This document shows positions 53,501-59,656 of a stretch of DNA of 64,000 bases, piece by piece. The notes under the pieces were generated by a model. That model saw only the letters and a list, made by a program, of their open reading frames with translations. It did not search any database and had not been told where the DNA came from. The DNA is taken from assembly GCF_001194135.2 (NCBI RefSeq), contig NC_068985.1:22350745-22414744 (forward strand), read 5' to 3'. Made by a program: the position numbers and the translations under genes. Every line of letters starts with the position of its first letter. The stretch's first letter is position 1. This DNA is from Octopus bimaculoides. Its lineage: Eukaryota.

Positions 53501-56330
53501 TTGACACTGCTTGTATGACAGTGATGCTCATTTAAAACTTATCATGTGATGTCAAGACAAGGAGACACAAACACACATATATATAACAAGCTGCTTTCAG
53601 TTTTTGTCAGCCAAATCCACTCACAAGGCTTTAGAAAGCTATAGAACAAGACATTTGCCCAAAGTGCAGTGCAATGGAACTGAACCCCAAACCATGTTGA
53701 GAAGTGAACACCTTAACCACATACTCATGCCTGCACCTATATATCATTAACAAAACTTAGAATATCCTGTAATTTAAAAGTGGGGTATCTTTGTCAAGAA
53801 AAATTTTGAATCTTTGATTTTATCAATTTGTAAATATGCAACTGATATTAAATTGCTGTTTTGAATTAAGGCTTAAATAGATTAAAAAAAATATATATAT
53901 GTACTGGTTATGTAGGAACTTCATGAGGCAGTTTCAAATCTGAATTAGAGTGAAATTTCAAGTATGGGAGAAGAGGCAGAGGGGTCCCTCTCTTGTGCTG
54001 ATATTGTGTTAGAAATTTTTTATAGCAATCATTGACAGTGTTAGAAACAGGAATTGAATATATCACACATATATATATATATATACATAGCATGTTTTAA
54101 CTTGCTACAAAGACTCAGTATTTAACCCTTTTGTTACTAACCCGGCCGTAGCCGGCCGAAAAATTTTTTGGTTCATAAGACTTAGCCGGCCGAGCGTACC
54201 CATTGTTATTTAAACCCAAATCTCGTTAGTACATTCGTTAAAACACCTGATTTCACTTTGCAAACAGTTGAGTTATTGTCTCTGACATTGTTTGGCATGA
54301 TATTTGAACTCAGTGAATTTTGGAAGATTTTTTTCCACATTTTTTGCGGTGTTAATTTTTTTCAACTTTGAAGATGGAGAGGAGTTTCATGCTATCAAGC
54401 AGTGATTCCAAATTTGAAGGTTTTTCAACAGAAGATATGGAGATATCGAAGAAAAGAATGAATGAGCTACAAAAGCACGNNNNNNNNNNNNNNNNNNNNN
54501 NNNNNNNNNNNNNNNNNNNNNNNNNNNNNNNNNNNNNNNNNNNNNNNNNNNNNNNNNNNNNNNNNNNNNNNNNNNNNNNNNNNNNNNNNNNNNNNNNNNN
54601 NNNNNNNNNNNNNNNNNNNNNNNNNNNNNNNNNNNNNNNNNNNNNNNNNNNNNNNNNNNNNNNNNNNNNNNNNNNNNNNNNNNNNNNNNNNNNNNNNNNN
54701 NNNNNNNNNNNNNNNNNNNNNNNNNNNNNNNNNNNNNNNNNNNNNNNNNNNNNNNNNNNNNNNNNNNAATTACTGGAGCGATCAGGAACCTTTTGGCGAT
54801 GAATACATTTCCAGTATTATGAACAAGTACGATTCGTGAAGCTGAACCAATATTTACATGTGAGAGACACTAGCAGTACACCCCCCACCAGTACGTGGAG
54901 AACTTTCAGACAAAAATTATGCAATAGAATTGATTAAGAACCCTTTCTTTAATTATGTTCCAAATATTACATTAGTATGTTGATAAATAAAAAAGTTACA
55001 GGTGTTTAATGAGACTAGTCTAAATTCATGATTATTTTAGAATTTAATTGAAACTCATGAGGGGTGTATTTTGGTCAGAAATATGGTTAAGAGGATGTGG
55101 GTTCTGAAATGTGATATTCAAGATAGTACTAAGGGCATTATGAATTGAATTTGTATCAAAACTAAGCTACAGTCTTGGCATGTTAGTAGCTTACATTCTT
55201 GCTTGACCAAATTAATCTATGTAAGACATTAGATATATGTGCAGTATAAAATTAACTGATATTTTACCTTTTGATGTCAACAAACCTTGAAAGGGGATAG
55301 ATATCCATCAATGCTATACCTATCTTAGTTGAGGGATCCTACCTTGTGAGTACTTGGTGATCTCACCAGTGCTGGTGCCATGATAAAAGTACACAGTGCA
55401 CTCTGAAGTGGTTGGTATTAGGAAGGGTATCCAGTTGTATAAATCATGCCAAACCTGGCATTGGAACTTGACACAATCCTCTGGCTCATCAGTTTATGTC
55501 AAATATTCGAGCATGGAAAAAGGGACACTAAATGATGGTGATAATAAAAATTTAATACATCATCATTATTTCACATCTGTTCTCCATGCAGGCATGTGTT
55601 AGACAGTTTGACTGGAATCTGGTAAGCCAGAGAGCTGTACCAGGCTCCAGCTTGGTTTCTATAACTGGATGCCCTTTGTAATGCCAACCTCTCCAGAGTA
55701 TAGTGTCTTTTACATGTCACTGGTACAGGGGCCTTTTATGTAAATGATCTAGAAATAATTTTCCTTACAGTACTATTAGCAAGTGCAATGAATCCAATGA
55801 TAATTTTCATATGAAATGACTTTGGATTTAATTATGCTTTCTTATGAAAGAATACATCTTTTAATTAAGAAGGAAATTTCTTTCAATTTTATCTTTGAAT
55901 ATTTTCAATGAAAATCTGTTTATATTTATCTTTCGTTGTTTTTTCAGAATTTATTCATCCACTTTAACATTACTGCCATTGAAGAATTAGTTCTTGGTGC
56001 TAATCTCAACCTATCAGATTTACATCGTCTTAAATGGAAAGCTGATGGAGACAATACAAGCAGTAAGTATTTAACATTTTTTTGGCATAAATTAACACTA
56101 GTTTAATTCTAATCTCAAACTATAAGATTATTAGAACCATTTGAAAATTATTATTTCTTACAGTATCTTGTTGAAATTATCAGCAAATTCAATTCATTTT
56201 TACCTAAAATTCTATCACAGTTTTATATCCAATTTCAGATCATTATTTCAAGAAGCAAGAAGGTCTTGAGATTACCTTATCACCAATGGAAATTAAAACA
56301 CTGGCAGTGACAATAAGAAATTTCTTTTAA
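5757..56330 (+). CDS. MAN2B1: Lysosomal alpha-mannosidase (GH38), complete 26-exon gene, 996 aa
   Basis: Manually spliced exons total 2991 nt with consistent phases. Motifs: signal peptide, [21 protein letters not shown] (nucleophile D174), [59 protein letters not shown]. Orthologue versus paralogue of MAN2B1 not resolved. Confidence 0.95.
6549..6753. mobile_element. Palindromic MITE with internal telomere-like repeats, copy 2
   Basis: Perfect 50-bp TIR GGTAAATTTTCAGATTAACACCCGCACGATTTTCACTAGGGTGTTAGGGT; exact 8-bp TSD CAGATTTC (6541-6548 / 6754-6761); internal CCCTAA/CCCTAAAA/CTCTAA array. Confidence 0.92.
6775..7378. repeat. Diverged inverted repeat pair (6775-6928 and 7244-7378)
   Basis: CATCCGTAGATTTCTGCC vs GGTAGAAATCTACGGATG, and GGATATTTTTTAATGAAATT vs AATTTCGTTAAAAAATATCC, in mirror order. 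Confidence 0.75.
8216..8245 (+). mobile_element. Helitron-like 3' terminus
   Basis: Short GC hairpin CCAGGT-GAA-ACCGGG followed by TTAGCTG and CTAG-T, the canonical Helitron 3' end arrangement. Confidence 0.5.
8325..8505 (+). mobile_element. SINE family M copy
   Basis: GGCGGCAAGTTGGCAGAATC head; TTTGCCTTTCATCTTTTCGGAGTCGATAAAATAAGTAC core. Confidence 0.8.
9070..9213 (+). mobile_element. 5'-truncated RTE-clade LINE, ORF2 C-terminus
   Basis: [47 protein letters not shown]-stop, matching the RTE terminal TW...DL...W.EA...A.DR..WR pattern. Confidence 0.7.
12207..12309 (+). CDS. MAN2B1: alpha-mannosidase exon 2
   Basis: [34 protein letters not shown]; poly-T CCAG acceptor, GTAAGT donor; 103 nt. 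Confidence 0.97.
12620..12886. mobile_element. hAT (Charlie-like) MITE
   Basis: CAGTGGTTCCCAAAC...ACTTTGGGAACCATTA termini with exact 8-bp TSD GTCTAACA (12612-12619 / 12887-12894). Confidence 0.9.
13445..15865 (-). mobile_element. Cluster of about six same-orientation SINE family M copies, plus one family C and one nested family D copy
   Basis: Repeated CAAGGCC.GAAATTT...GTACTTA.TT...GGATGAAAG.CAAAGT.GA...GATTTGAACTCAGAA units at ~13445, 14190, 14665, 14822, 15075 and 15655; family C at ~13757-14118. Confidence 0.8.
15134..15515 (-). mobile_element. tRNA-headed SINE (family D) nested in a family M copy
   Basis: Head GTGGAGGTGCAATGGCCCAGTGGTTAGGGCAGCGG...GGTTTCGATTCCC (A and B boxes); exact 11-bp TSD ACTTGACTAGT (15123-15133 / 15516-15526). 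Confidence 0.88.
15904..16077 (+). CDS. MAN2B1: alpha-mannosidase exon 3
   Basis: [41 protein letters not shown]...VKEG; 174 nt. Confidence 0.97.
16220..16680 (-). mobile_element. CR1/L2-like LINE ORF2 3' remnant
   Basis: Minus frame reads MYKDQI...YSHI*DSASAT...[21 protein letters not shown], matching YKAQxRPxMEYxSHIW...LQPLxHRRDVxSL. Confidence 0.7.
17358..17551 (+). CDS. MAN2B1: alpha-mannosidase exon 4
   Basis: [20 protein letters not shown]...[21 protein letters not shown]; 194 nt. Confidence 0.97.
18890..18995 (+). CDS. MAN2B1: alpha-mannosidase exon 5
   Basis: [35 protein letters not shown]; 106 nt. Confidence 0.95.
19143..19530 (+). mobile_element. tRNA-headed SINE family C copy
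   Basis: GGCATGGTCGTGTGGATAAGAAGCTTGC...GGGTTCAGTCCCACTG head; 3' CAGCATGGC...GAATGAAACAAGTAAA end shared with the 57077 copy. Confidence 0.75.
19886..20340 (+). mobile_element. CRE-like (restriction-like endonuclease) non-LTR retroelement C-terminal remnant, split by a hAT MITE
   Basis: [11 protein letters not shown]...FVLVAIE, then after removing the MITE (T)LGVLGP.SANFL, matching AExxKxxKYxxL...FVPxAxETLGxxGPxAxxF. Confidence 0.6.
20027..20191. mobile_element. hAT-type MITE
   Basis: CAGTGGCTCCCCACC...GGTTGGGGACTACTA termini; 8-bp flanks TCTTAGAT / CCTTAGGT (6/8). Confidence 0.75.
20628..20725 (+). CDS. MAN2B1: alpha-mannosidase exon 6
   Basis: [33 protein letters not shown]; 98 nt. Confidence 0.95.
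21038..21349 (+). mobile_element. SINE-like family A copy (5' part lost in a gap)
   Basis: GAGTGGTTGGCGTTAGGAAGGGCATCCAGC...GTTAAACGACGATGATGAT tail. Confidence 0.85.
21789..21860 (+). CDS. MAN2B1: alpha-mannosidase exon 7
   Basis: [24 protein letters not shown]; AG/GTAAGA; 72 nt. Confidence 0.9.
22150..22520 (-). mobile_element. CR1/L2-like LINE ORF2 3' remnant
   Basis: [11 protein letters not shown]...[12 protein letters not shown]...SLTNNL on minus. Confidence 0.6.
22832..22948 (+). CDS. MAN2B1: alpha-mannosidase exon 8
   Basis: [39 protein letters not shown]; 117 nt. Confidence 0.97.
23290..23950 (-). mobile_element. CR1/L2-like LINE ORF2 3' remnant
   Basis: [19 protein letters not shown]...[14 protein letters not shown]...NSLQP on minus. 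Confidence 0.7.
24782..24985 (+). CDS. MAN2B1: alpha-mannosidase exon 9
   Basis: [22 protein letters not shown]...DDFFPYAD...[13 protein letters not shown]...NLFQ; 204 nt. Confidence 0.97.
25185..25760 (-). mobile_element. Mariner transposon remnant (5' TIR and N-terminal transposase)
   Basis: [13 protein letters not shown]...[18 protein letters not shown]...[31 protein letters not shown] (mariner HTH and WVPHEL-like motif); TIR-like TATCGGGTCATCCCATAAATAATGCAG next to TA at ~25760. Confidence 0.85.
26244..26304 (+). CDS. MAN2B1: alpha-mannosidase exon 10
   Basis: [20 protein letters not shown] + T; GACAG acceptor, GTAAGT donor; 61 nt; phase fits exon 11. Confidence 0.85.
27351..27390 (+). 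CDS. MAN2B1: alpha-mannosidase exon 11 (40-nt mini-exon)
   Basis: (W)[12 protein letters not shown](T); TTGCAG acceptor, GTGAGT donor. Confidence 0.92.
27941..27999. repeat. (CA)n microsatellite
   Basis: Uninterrupted AC repeat; one of many microsatellites in the window. Confidence 0.95.
28223..28292 (+). CDS. MAN2B1: alpha-mannosidase exon 12
   Basis: [23 protein letters not shown]; 70 nt. Confidence 0.95.
28971..29313 (+). mobile_element. tRNA-headed SINE family B with (CAG)n tail
   Basis: GGCTCAGTGGTTAGAGC A box, GAGTTCAAATCC B box; exact 12-bp TSD AAACTAGAATGT (28959-28970 / 29314-29325); homologous to 60434-60767. Confidence 0.9.
30262..30381 (+). CDS. MAN2B1: alpha-mannosidase exon 13
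   Basis: [40 protein letters not shown]; 120 nt. Confidence 0.93.
30702..30920. mobile_element. piggyBac-type MITE (TTAA-flanked)
   Basis: TTAA-CCCTTAGCATT...AATGCTAAAGGG-TTAA; homologous and inverted relative to 41155-41382. Confidence 0.85.
32065..32181 (+). CDS. MAN2B1: alpha-mannosidase exon 14
   Basis: [39 protein letters not shown]; 117 nt. Confidence 0.95.
32870..33110. mobile_element. Two family A copies tail-to-tail (32870-33003 plus, 33006-33110 minus)
   Basis: GTTAAATGATGATGATGAT directly followed by CATCATCATTTAATGTTTGTC. Confidence 0.75.
33592..33844. mobile_element. hAT-type MITE
   Basis: CAGTGTTTCACAACC...AGTTGAGAACTACTG termini; flanks GTCTAGAG / GCCTGGAG (6/8). Confidence 0.75.
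34450..34728 (+). mobile_element. SINE-like family A copy (young, CpG-rich)
   Basis: Near-identical to the 21038 and 45050 copies; (GAT)n tail. Confidence 0.88.
35720..37320 (+). mobile_element. Decayed RTE-clade LINE (endonuclease and start of RT)
   Basis: [40 protein letters not shown] and [10 protein letters not shown] motifs across frameshifts. Confidence 0.85.
37393..37522 (+). CDS. MAN2B1: alpha-mannosidase exon 15
   Basis: [43 protein letters not shown]; 130 nt. Confidence 0.93.
38098..38347 (+). mobile_element. SINE-like family A copy (5' part in a gap)
   Basis: Same core and (GAT)n tail as the other family A copies. Confidence 0.85.
38374..39114 (-). mobile_element. Internally deleted Tc1/mariner (maT-like) element
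   Basis: [28 protein letters not shown] (WPPNSPDxNPxDYxxWG motif); TIR-like CACAGTGTTCAAGCTAAATTTTG next to TA at 39115, with a degenerate partner at ~38374-38400. Confidence 0.8.
40513..40589 (+). CDS. MAN2B1: alpha-mannosidase exon 16
   Basis: (S)[25 protein letters not shown]; phases 1/0 fit neighbours; 77 nt. Confidence 0.85.
41155..41382. mobile_element. piggyBac-type MITE
   Basis: TTAA-CCCTTTAGCATT...AATGCTAAAGGG-TTAA perfect termini. Confidence 0.9.
41797..42200 (-). mobile_element. SINE family D fragment interrupted by a MITE
   Basis: GTGCAAGTGGCTGAGCACTCCAC on the left and CAGGGAGATTCAGCATGACAC on the right are contiguous in the 15134 copy. Confidence 0.75.
41903..42128. mobile_element. 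piggyBac-type MITE, distinct internal sequence
   Basis: TTAA-CCCTTTAAG...CTTAAAGGG-TTAA; internal direct repeat GTGTCAATAAGCCACAC twice. Confidence 0.85.
43182..43409 (+). CDS. MAN2B1: alpha-mannosidase exon 17
   Basis: [18 protein letters not shown]...[28 protein letters not shown]...SHIVK; 228 nt. Confidence 0.95.
43470..43690 (+). mobile_element. RTE LINE ORF2 3' remnant
   Basis: [23 protein letters not shown] matches the RTE terminal GRGRPRKTWxEVVKxDL. Confidence 0.7.
44863..44981 (+). CDS. MAN2B1: alpha-mannosidase exon 18
   Basis: [39 protein letters not shown]; 119 nt. Confidence 0.96.
45050..45291 (+). mobile_element. SINE-like family A copy
   Basis: Family A core with (GAT)n tail. 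Confidence 0.88.
46093..46610 (-). repeat. Family A copy carrying an expanded 26-bp minisatellite (~46245-46610)
   Basis: About 13-14 units of GTGCTTTTTATGTGGAACCAGCACCT / GTGCTTTTTACATGGCCCCATCACCA. Confidence 0.9.
46866..46967 (+). CDS. MAN2B1: alpha-mannosidase exon 19
   Basis: (H)[33 protein letters not shown]; 102 nt. Confidence 0.96.
47750..48095 (-). mobile_element. CR1/L2-like LINE ORF2 3' remnant
   Basis: [26 protein letters not shown]...[22 protein letters not shown] on minus. Confidence 0.7.
48528..48615 (+). CDS. MAN2B1: alpha-mannosidase exon 20
   Basis: (K)[29 protein letters not shown]; 88 nt. Confidence 0.97.
49923..50009 (+). CDS. MAN2B1: alpha-mannosidase exon 21
   Basis: [29 protein letters not shown]; 87 nt. 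Confidence 0.97.
50443..50533 (+). CDS. MAN2B1: alpha-mannosidase exon 22
   Basis: [30 protein letters not shown]; 91 nt. Confidence 0.97.
50823..51034 (-). mobile_element. SINE family M copy
   Basis: Family M core GGATGAAAGGCAAAGTT...GAATTTGAATTCAG. Confidence 0.8.
51035..51262. mobile_element. piggyBac-type MITE
   Basis: TTAA-CCCTTTCGTTAC...GTAACAAAAGGG-TTAA. Confidence 0.88.
51780..51925 (+). CDS. MAN2B1: alpha-mannosidase exon 23
   Basis: [49 protein letters not shown]; 146 nt. Confidence 0.93.
52802..52948 (+). CDS. MAN2B1: alpha-mannosidase exon 24
   Basis: [49 protein letters not shown]; 147 nt. Confidence 0.96.
54122..55090. mobile_element. Longer piggyBac-type non-autonomous element (contains an N gap)
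   Basis: Left end TTAA-CCCTTTTGTTAC shared with the 51035 family; CpG-rich subterminal GCCGGCCG motifs; acidic [14 protein letters not shown] stretch; right end uncertain. Confidence 0.55.
55365..55745. mobile_element. Two older family A copies tail-to-tail
   Basis: Plus copy ends CACTAAATGATGGTGAT (~55545); minus copy starts CATCATCATTATTTCACATCTG (~55560). Confidence 0.65.
55948..56062 (+). CDS. MAN2B1: alpha-mannosidase exon 25
   Basis: [38 protein letters not shown]; 115 nt. Confidence 0.95.
56239..56330 (+). CDS. MAN2B1: alpha-mannosidase exon 26 (stop)
   Basis: (N)[32 protein letters not shown] at 56328-56330. Confidence 0.93.
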
Positions 56331-56496
56331 ATATGACAACTCCAATCATTACTATAAGATAATTCAGTTGAAAATGTAATGGTGTAACTAACTGAAGAAA
56401 GCTGTCTTTCAGTTATTTCTTCTCTTTATTCTGCTTAACTACTTATCACCAAAATCATCAGATTGTGCAGATTGCAATTTTTTTCATTATATTTTA

Positions 56497-56502
56497 ATTA
56501 AA
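56497..56502 (+). promoter_or_regulatory. Candidate polyadenylation signal ATTAAA for the mannosidase mRNA
   Basis: About 170 nt after the stop codon and followed by a T/GT-rich tract; later AATAAA sites (e.g. 57479) are alternatives. Confidence 0.35.
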
Positions 56503-56574
56503 ATGAACAACATCTTTATACTTTTAATATGAAGAATTCAATAATTTTTTTATTTGTGTAGTATTTTTATTTTT

Positions 56575-56855
56575 GGGTCTCATGGAGGTAATGACCGAAA
56601 CCTTTGGCATTATGTCAAGAAAACCCATTAAGTCAAGTGGAATAGCAGCCATGGCAGATACTGATGTCATGCAAATGCTGGTGGCACATTAAAGCACCCA
56701 TTATATCCTCGGAGTGGTTGGTGTTAGGAAAGGCATCCAACCATAGAAAGCATGCCAAATCAGATGGGAATCTGGTGCAGTCTTCCAGCTTGCCAGCCCT
56801 GGTCATACTGTCCAACCCATACCAGCATGGACAACGGAAGCTCAGTGATGATGAT
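56575..56855 (+). mobile_element. RTE LINE 3' end continuing into the family A tail
   Basis: GGTCTCATGGAGGTAATGACC...GAAACCTTTGG (RTE ORF2 end-like) runs into GAGTGGTTGGTGTTAGGAAAGGCATCC...GATGATGAT. Confidence 0.6.
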
Positions 56856-57076
56856 ATGATCATTCTAGTGTTCATTCTGAATTCAAACTCAAGCATTAAG
56901 CTGTAATACTGAATATGTAATGAAAGCTATTGTGTAGCTTGATGGTGTCCAAGATTGAGGCCAGGTTATGCATAAGTTTGGAACAAAGAAGTTGGAATAT
57001 GTATGTAATACTGAGGTAATACATAATATTCTATGCTAGAATAGTGGTGGGGAAAGACATGTAACTTTCCAGTATT

Positions 57077-57405
57077 CTCTTTTACTTGTTTCAGTCTTCT
57101 GACTGTGGCCATGCTGGAGCACCGCCTTTAGTCGAGCAAATCGACTCCAGGACTTATTCTTTGGAAACCTAGTACTTATTCTATCGGTCTCTTTTGCCGA
57201 ACCGATGTTGGGGGACAAACACAGACATACAAACACATATATACGACAGGCTTCTTTCAGTTTCCGTCTACCAAATCCACTCACAAGGCTTTGGTCGGCC
57301 CGAGGCTATAGTAGAAGACACTTGCCCAAGATGCCATGCAGTGGGACTGAACCCGGGACCATGTGGTTTGTAAGCAAGCTACTTACCACACAGCCACTCC
57401 TACGC
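57077..57405 (-). mobile_element. tRNA-headed SINE family C copy (young)
   Basis: Head GTAGGAGTGGCTGTGTGGTAAGTAGCTTGC...CCGGGTTCAGTCCCAC; CpGs retained. Confidence 0.85.
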
Positions 57406-59480
57406 CTATTTTTTTTTTTTGTAAAAATGTCACATTGTCATTTTTGATAAACACAATACTAGTTTTGAAAACGTGGGAAATAAAAGTATTTTGAGGCAGT
57501 AGAAAGGGAATTCTTCAAATATCAACAAGCAATATAATCAAACTTTAAGATTGATATATAAATGATATAATATATAATATGGTTAAAAAAAATAATCAAC
57601 TGGACAGCTGCTAAGTTCCAATAATCGAAGTAAACATTTACAAAAGTAAATAAATAAATAAAAAATTTTTTAAATGAAGACTCAAACATTTGATATAAAA
57701 ATTGATCATATTTTAATATGCAAAAATTGTAACAGTTCCATGCACAGCTGGGTAAACATGAAAATGATATAAGGATGTCATAAGCAACAGATGCTTAAAT
57801 AAAGTTTAAAACTTTTAGTCCCATTAATAATAATAATAATAACTGAGTATTTGTGTGATATAAACCAGTTACATCTCCAAAGCACTTAATAATTGATTAA
57901 TTTTTACAAAGAATTTGCCCTAGTAATAAATCAAATTGAGAAAAGAGCACAAGTATTTAACCTTGTGTTCAAGAGAAGACATAAAAAATAAATATTTCAG
58001 TTTATATATCACAGGTAAAGTATTTAAGATGCAATCAATGATAGACCAGTTGTCCTGTTTTGAATAATAACTAATCTAATTTTCAGATATATTTTTTAAC
58101 ACAAGTGAACTGTTGTGACAAATTAAGTTTAAACATCAAACTTAAGTTTAAGTGAAATATGTATTTTATACATCAGAATTATTGTTTTGAAAAAAAAGTA
58201 GCAAGTCATTGGCCAAAAAATTCATTGGTTTGTATCTTTAAATCTAAAATAGTGCATCTAAGAGTAAATAAAAATCATTTGCGTTAAAGCTCCTCGCTAC
58301 AACAGCAAGGAGCTTTATGGTTATACTATAAGTGAATGTTTTTTTTTAAAACTTTCAAGTGTTGGACTCAAATCCTCCCAAGATGAAACTGGAATGATGA
58401 TGGATACATGCAGTACTATGTTAGGTGTAATAAAAAATATTACCATAATTTTTCTAAGAGAGACCAATCAATCAAATATATAAAGTAACAGCTGATTCTA
58501 GGTTAGAGTTTGAGTTCATGTTTATAGTTAGAACAGTAAATATTACTGATAATTGAAAAACTGAAATGTTCCTATTCTTTTACAGGTTTCAGCCATTAGT
58601 CTAAGGTAATGCTAGGGCAGCACATTTAAGAGTATAGTCAATTCTATTAATTTTGTTTCTTGTTTGGCACTTAGATTTTCTGTTTCTTTTCACTCCTGGA
58701 TTGATGAAAGGCAAAGTCAACCAGGGCAGGATTTGAACTTAAAACTCATTAAAATAGTCCTAGTGTATTGTTTAAAAAAATACCTTAGTCATAAAACAGC
58801 TATATGTTCATCTGAGGAAATTAACTTGAACACTGCAGCAGAAGAATAATCAAGTAATTAGTCTGATAGTTACTATATTGTGACATTCATCACAAAGCTT
58901 GTTTAATCAGTAAGTTGACAATCTTTCTTCTGATTTAAATAAAAATCATCACATCACAATGTCATAAATCTAAATATAGTGAACTTTGGACTTAATCTGA
59001 TCTCACTTGGAAGAATCTTTTTAGTAATATATTTCAAATTAAAAATTACTGATGTTCTTATATACAATATGGCATTTAGATTATAATTTTATGCAATGAT
59101 AGCATGATTATAAAACATTCAATATTTGTATAGGAAAGAAAGCCTAACAAATATAGTTTTATGATTTTTAAAAAATTATTTGATGAAAAAATATCTTTTG
59201 TAATTTGAATTTTTCTGAATTTGTTTATTTTTAGAATTTTTTTTAAATAGAAAAAGCACTTGAAAATGGATTTTTTTTTTCATATTCTACAAAAGATACT
59301 CTAAAATAATTATTCTTTTAATTATTTGCATAGTACACAAAATATGCACATATTATATAGAAGTTTTTAGATCAAGATGGCGTATTTTATAGAATAAAGA
59401 AAATAATAGACAAAAACAAAAATTAAATCAGCTCACTTCATATAGTTTGGATCAAATGTCTAGGAATTGTTCCAACATGA

Positions 59481-59656
59481 TTAGACTGAGAAATATAGTT
59501 CTTTGTAATGCATAAAAGCAGCAATTATAAACCAGAATGCTGCACCCCATAAATTCATTAGGTAATGAGATAGGTGATTGCTTTCTATTTTCCAGTATAC
59601 TGGGAATTTGCAAACAAAAACTTCGTGGCCCATATACAATACTATAGCATTCATTC
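59481..59656 (-). CDS. HGSNAT: HGSNAT terminal coding exon
   Basis: TGTTGTAG acceptor; (G)MNAIVLYMGHEVFVCKFPVYW...MHYKELYFSV, TAA. Confidence 0.94.
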
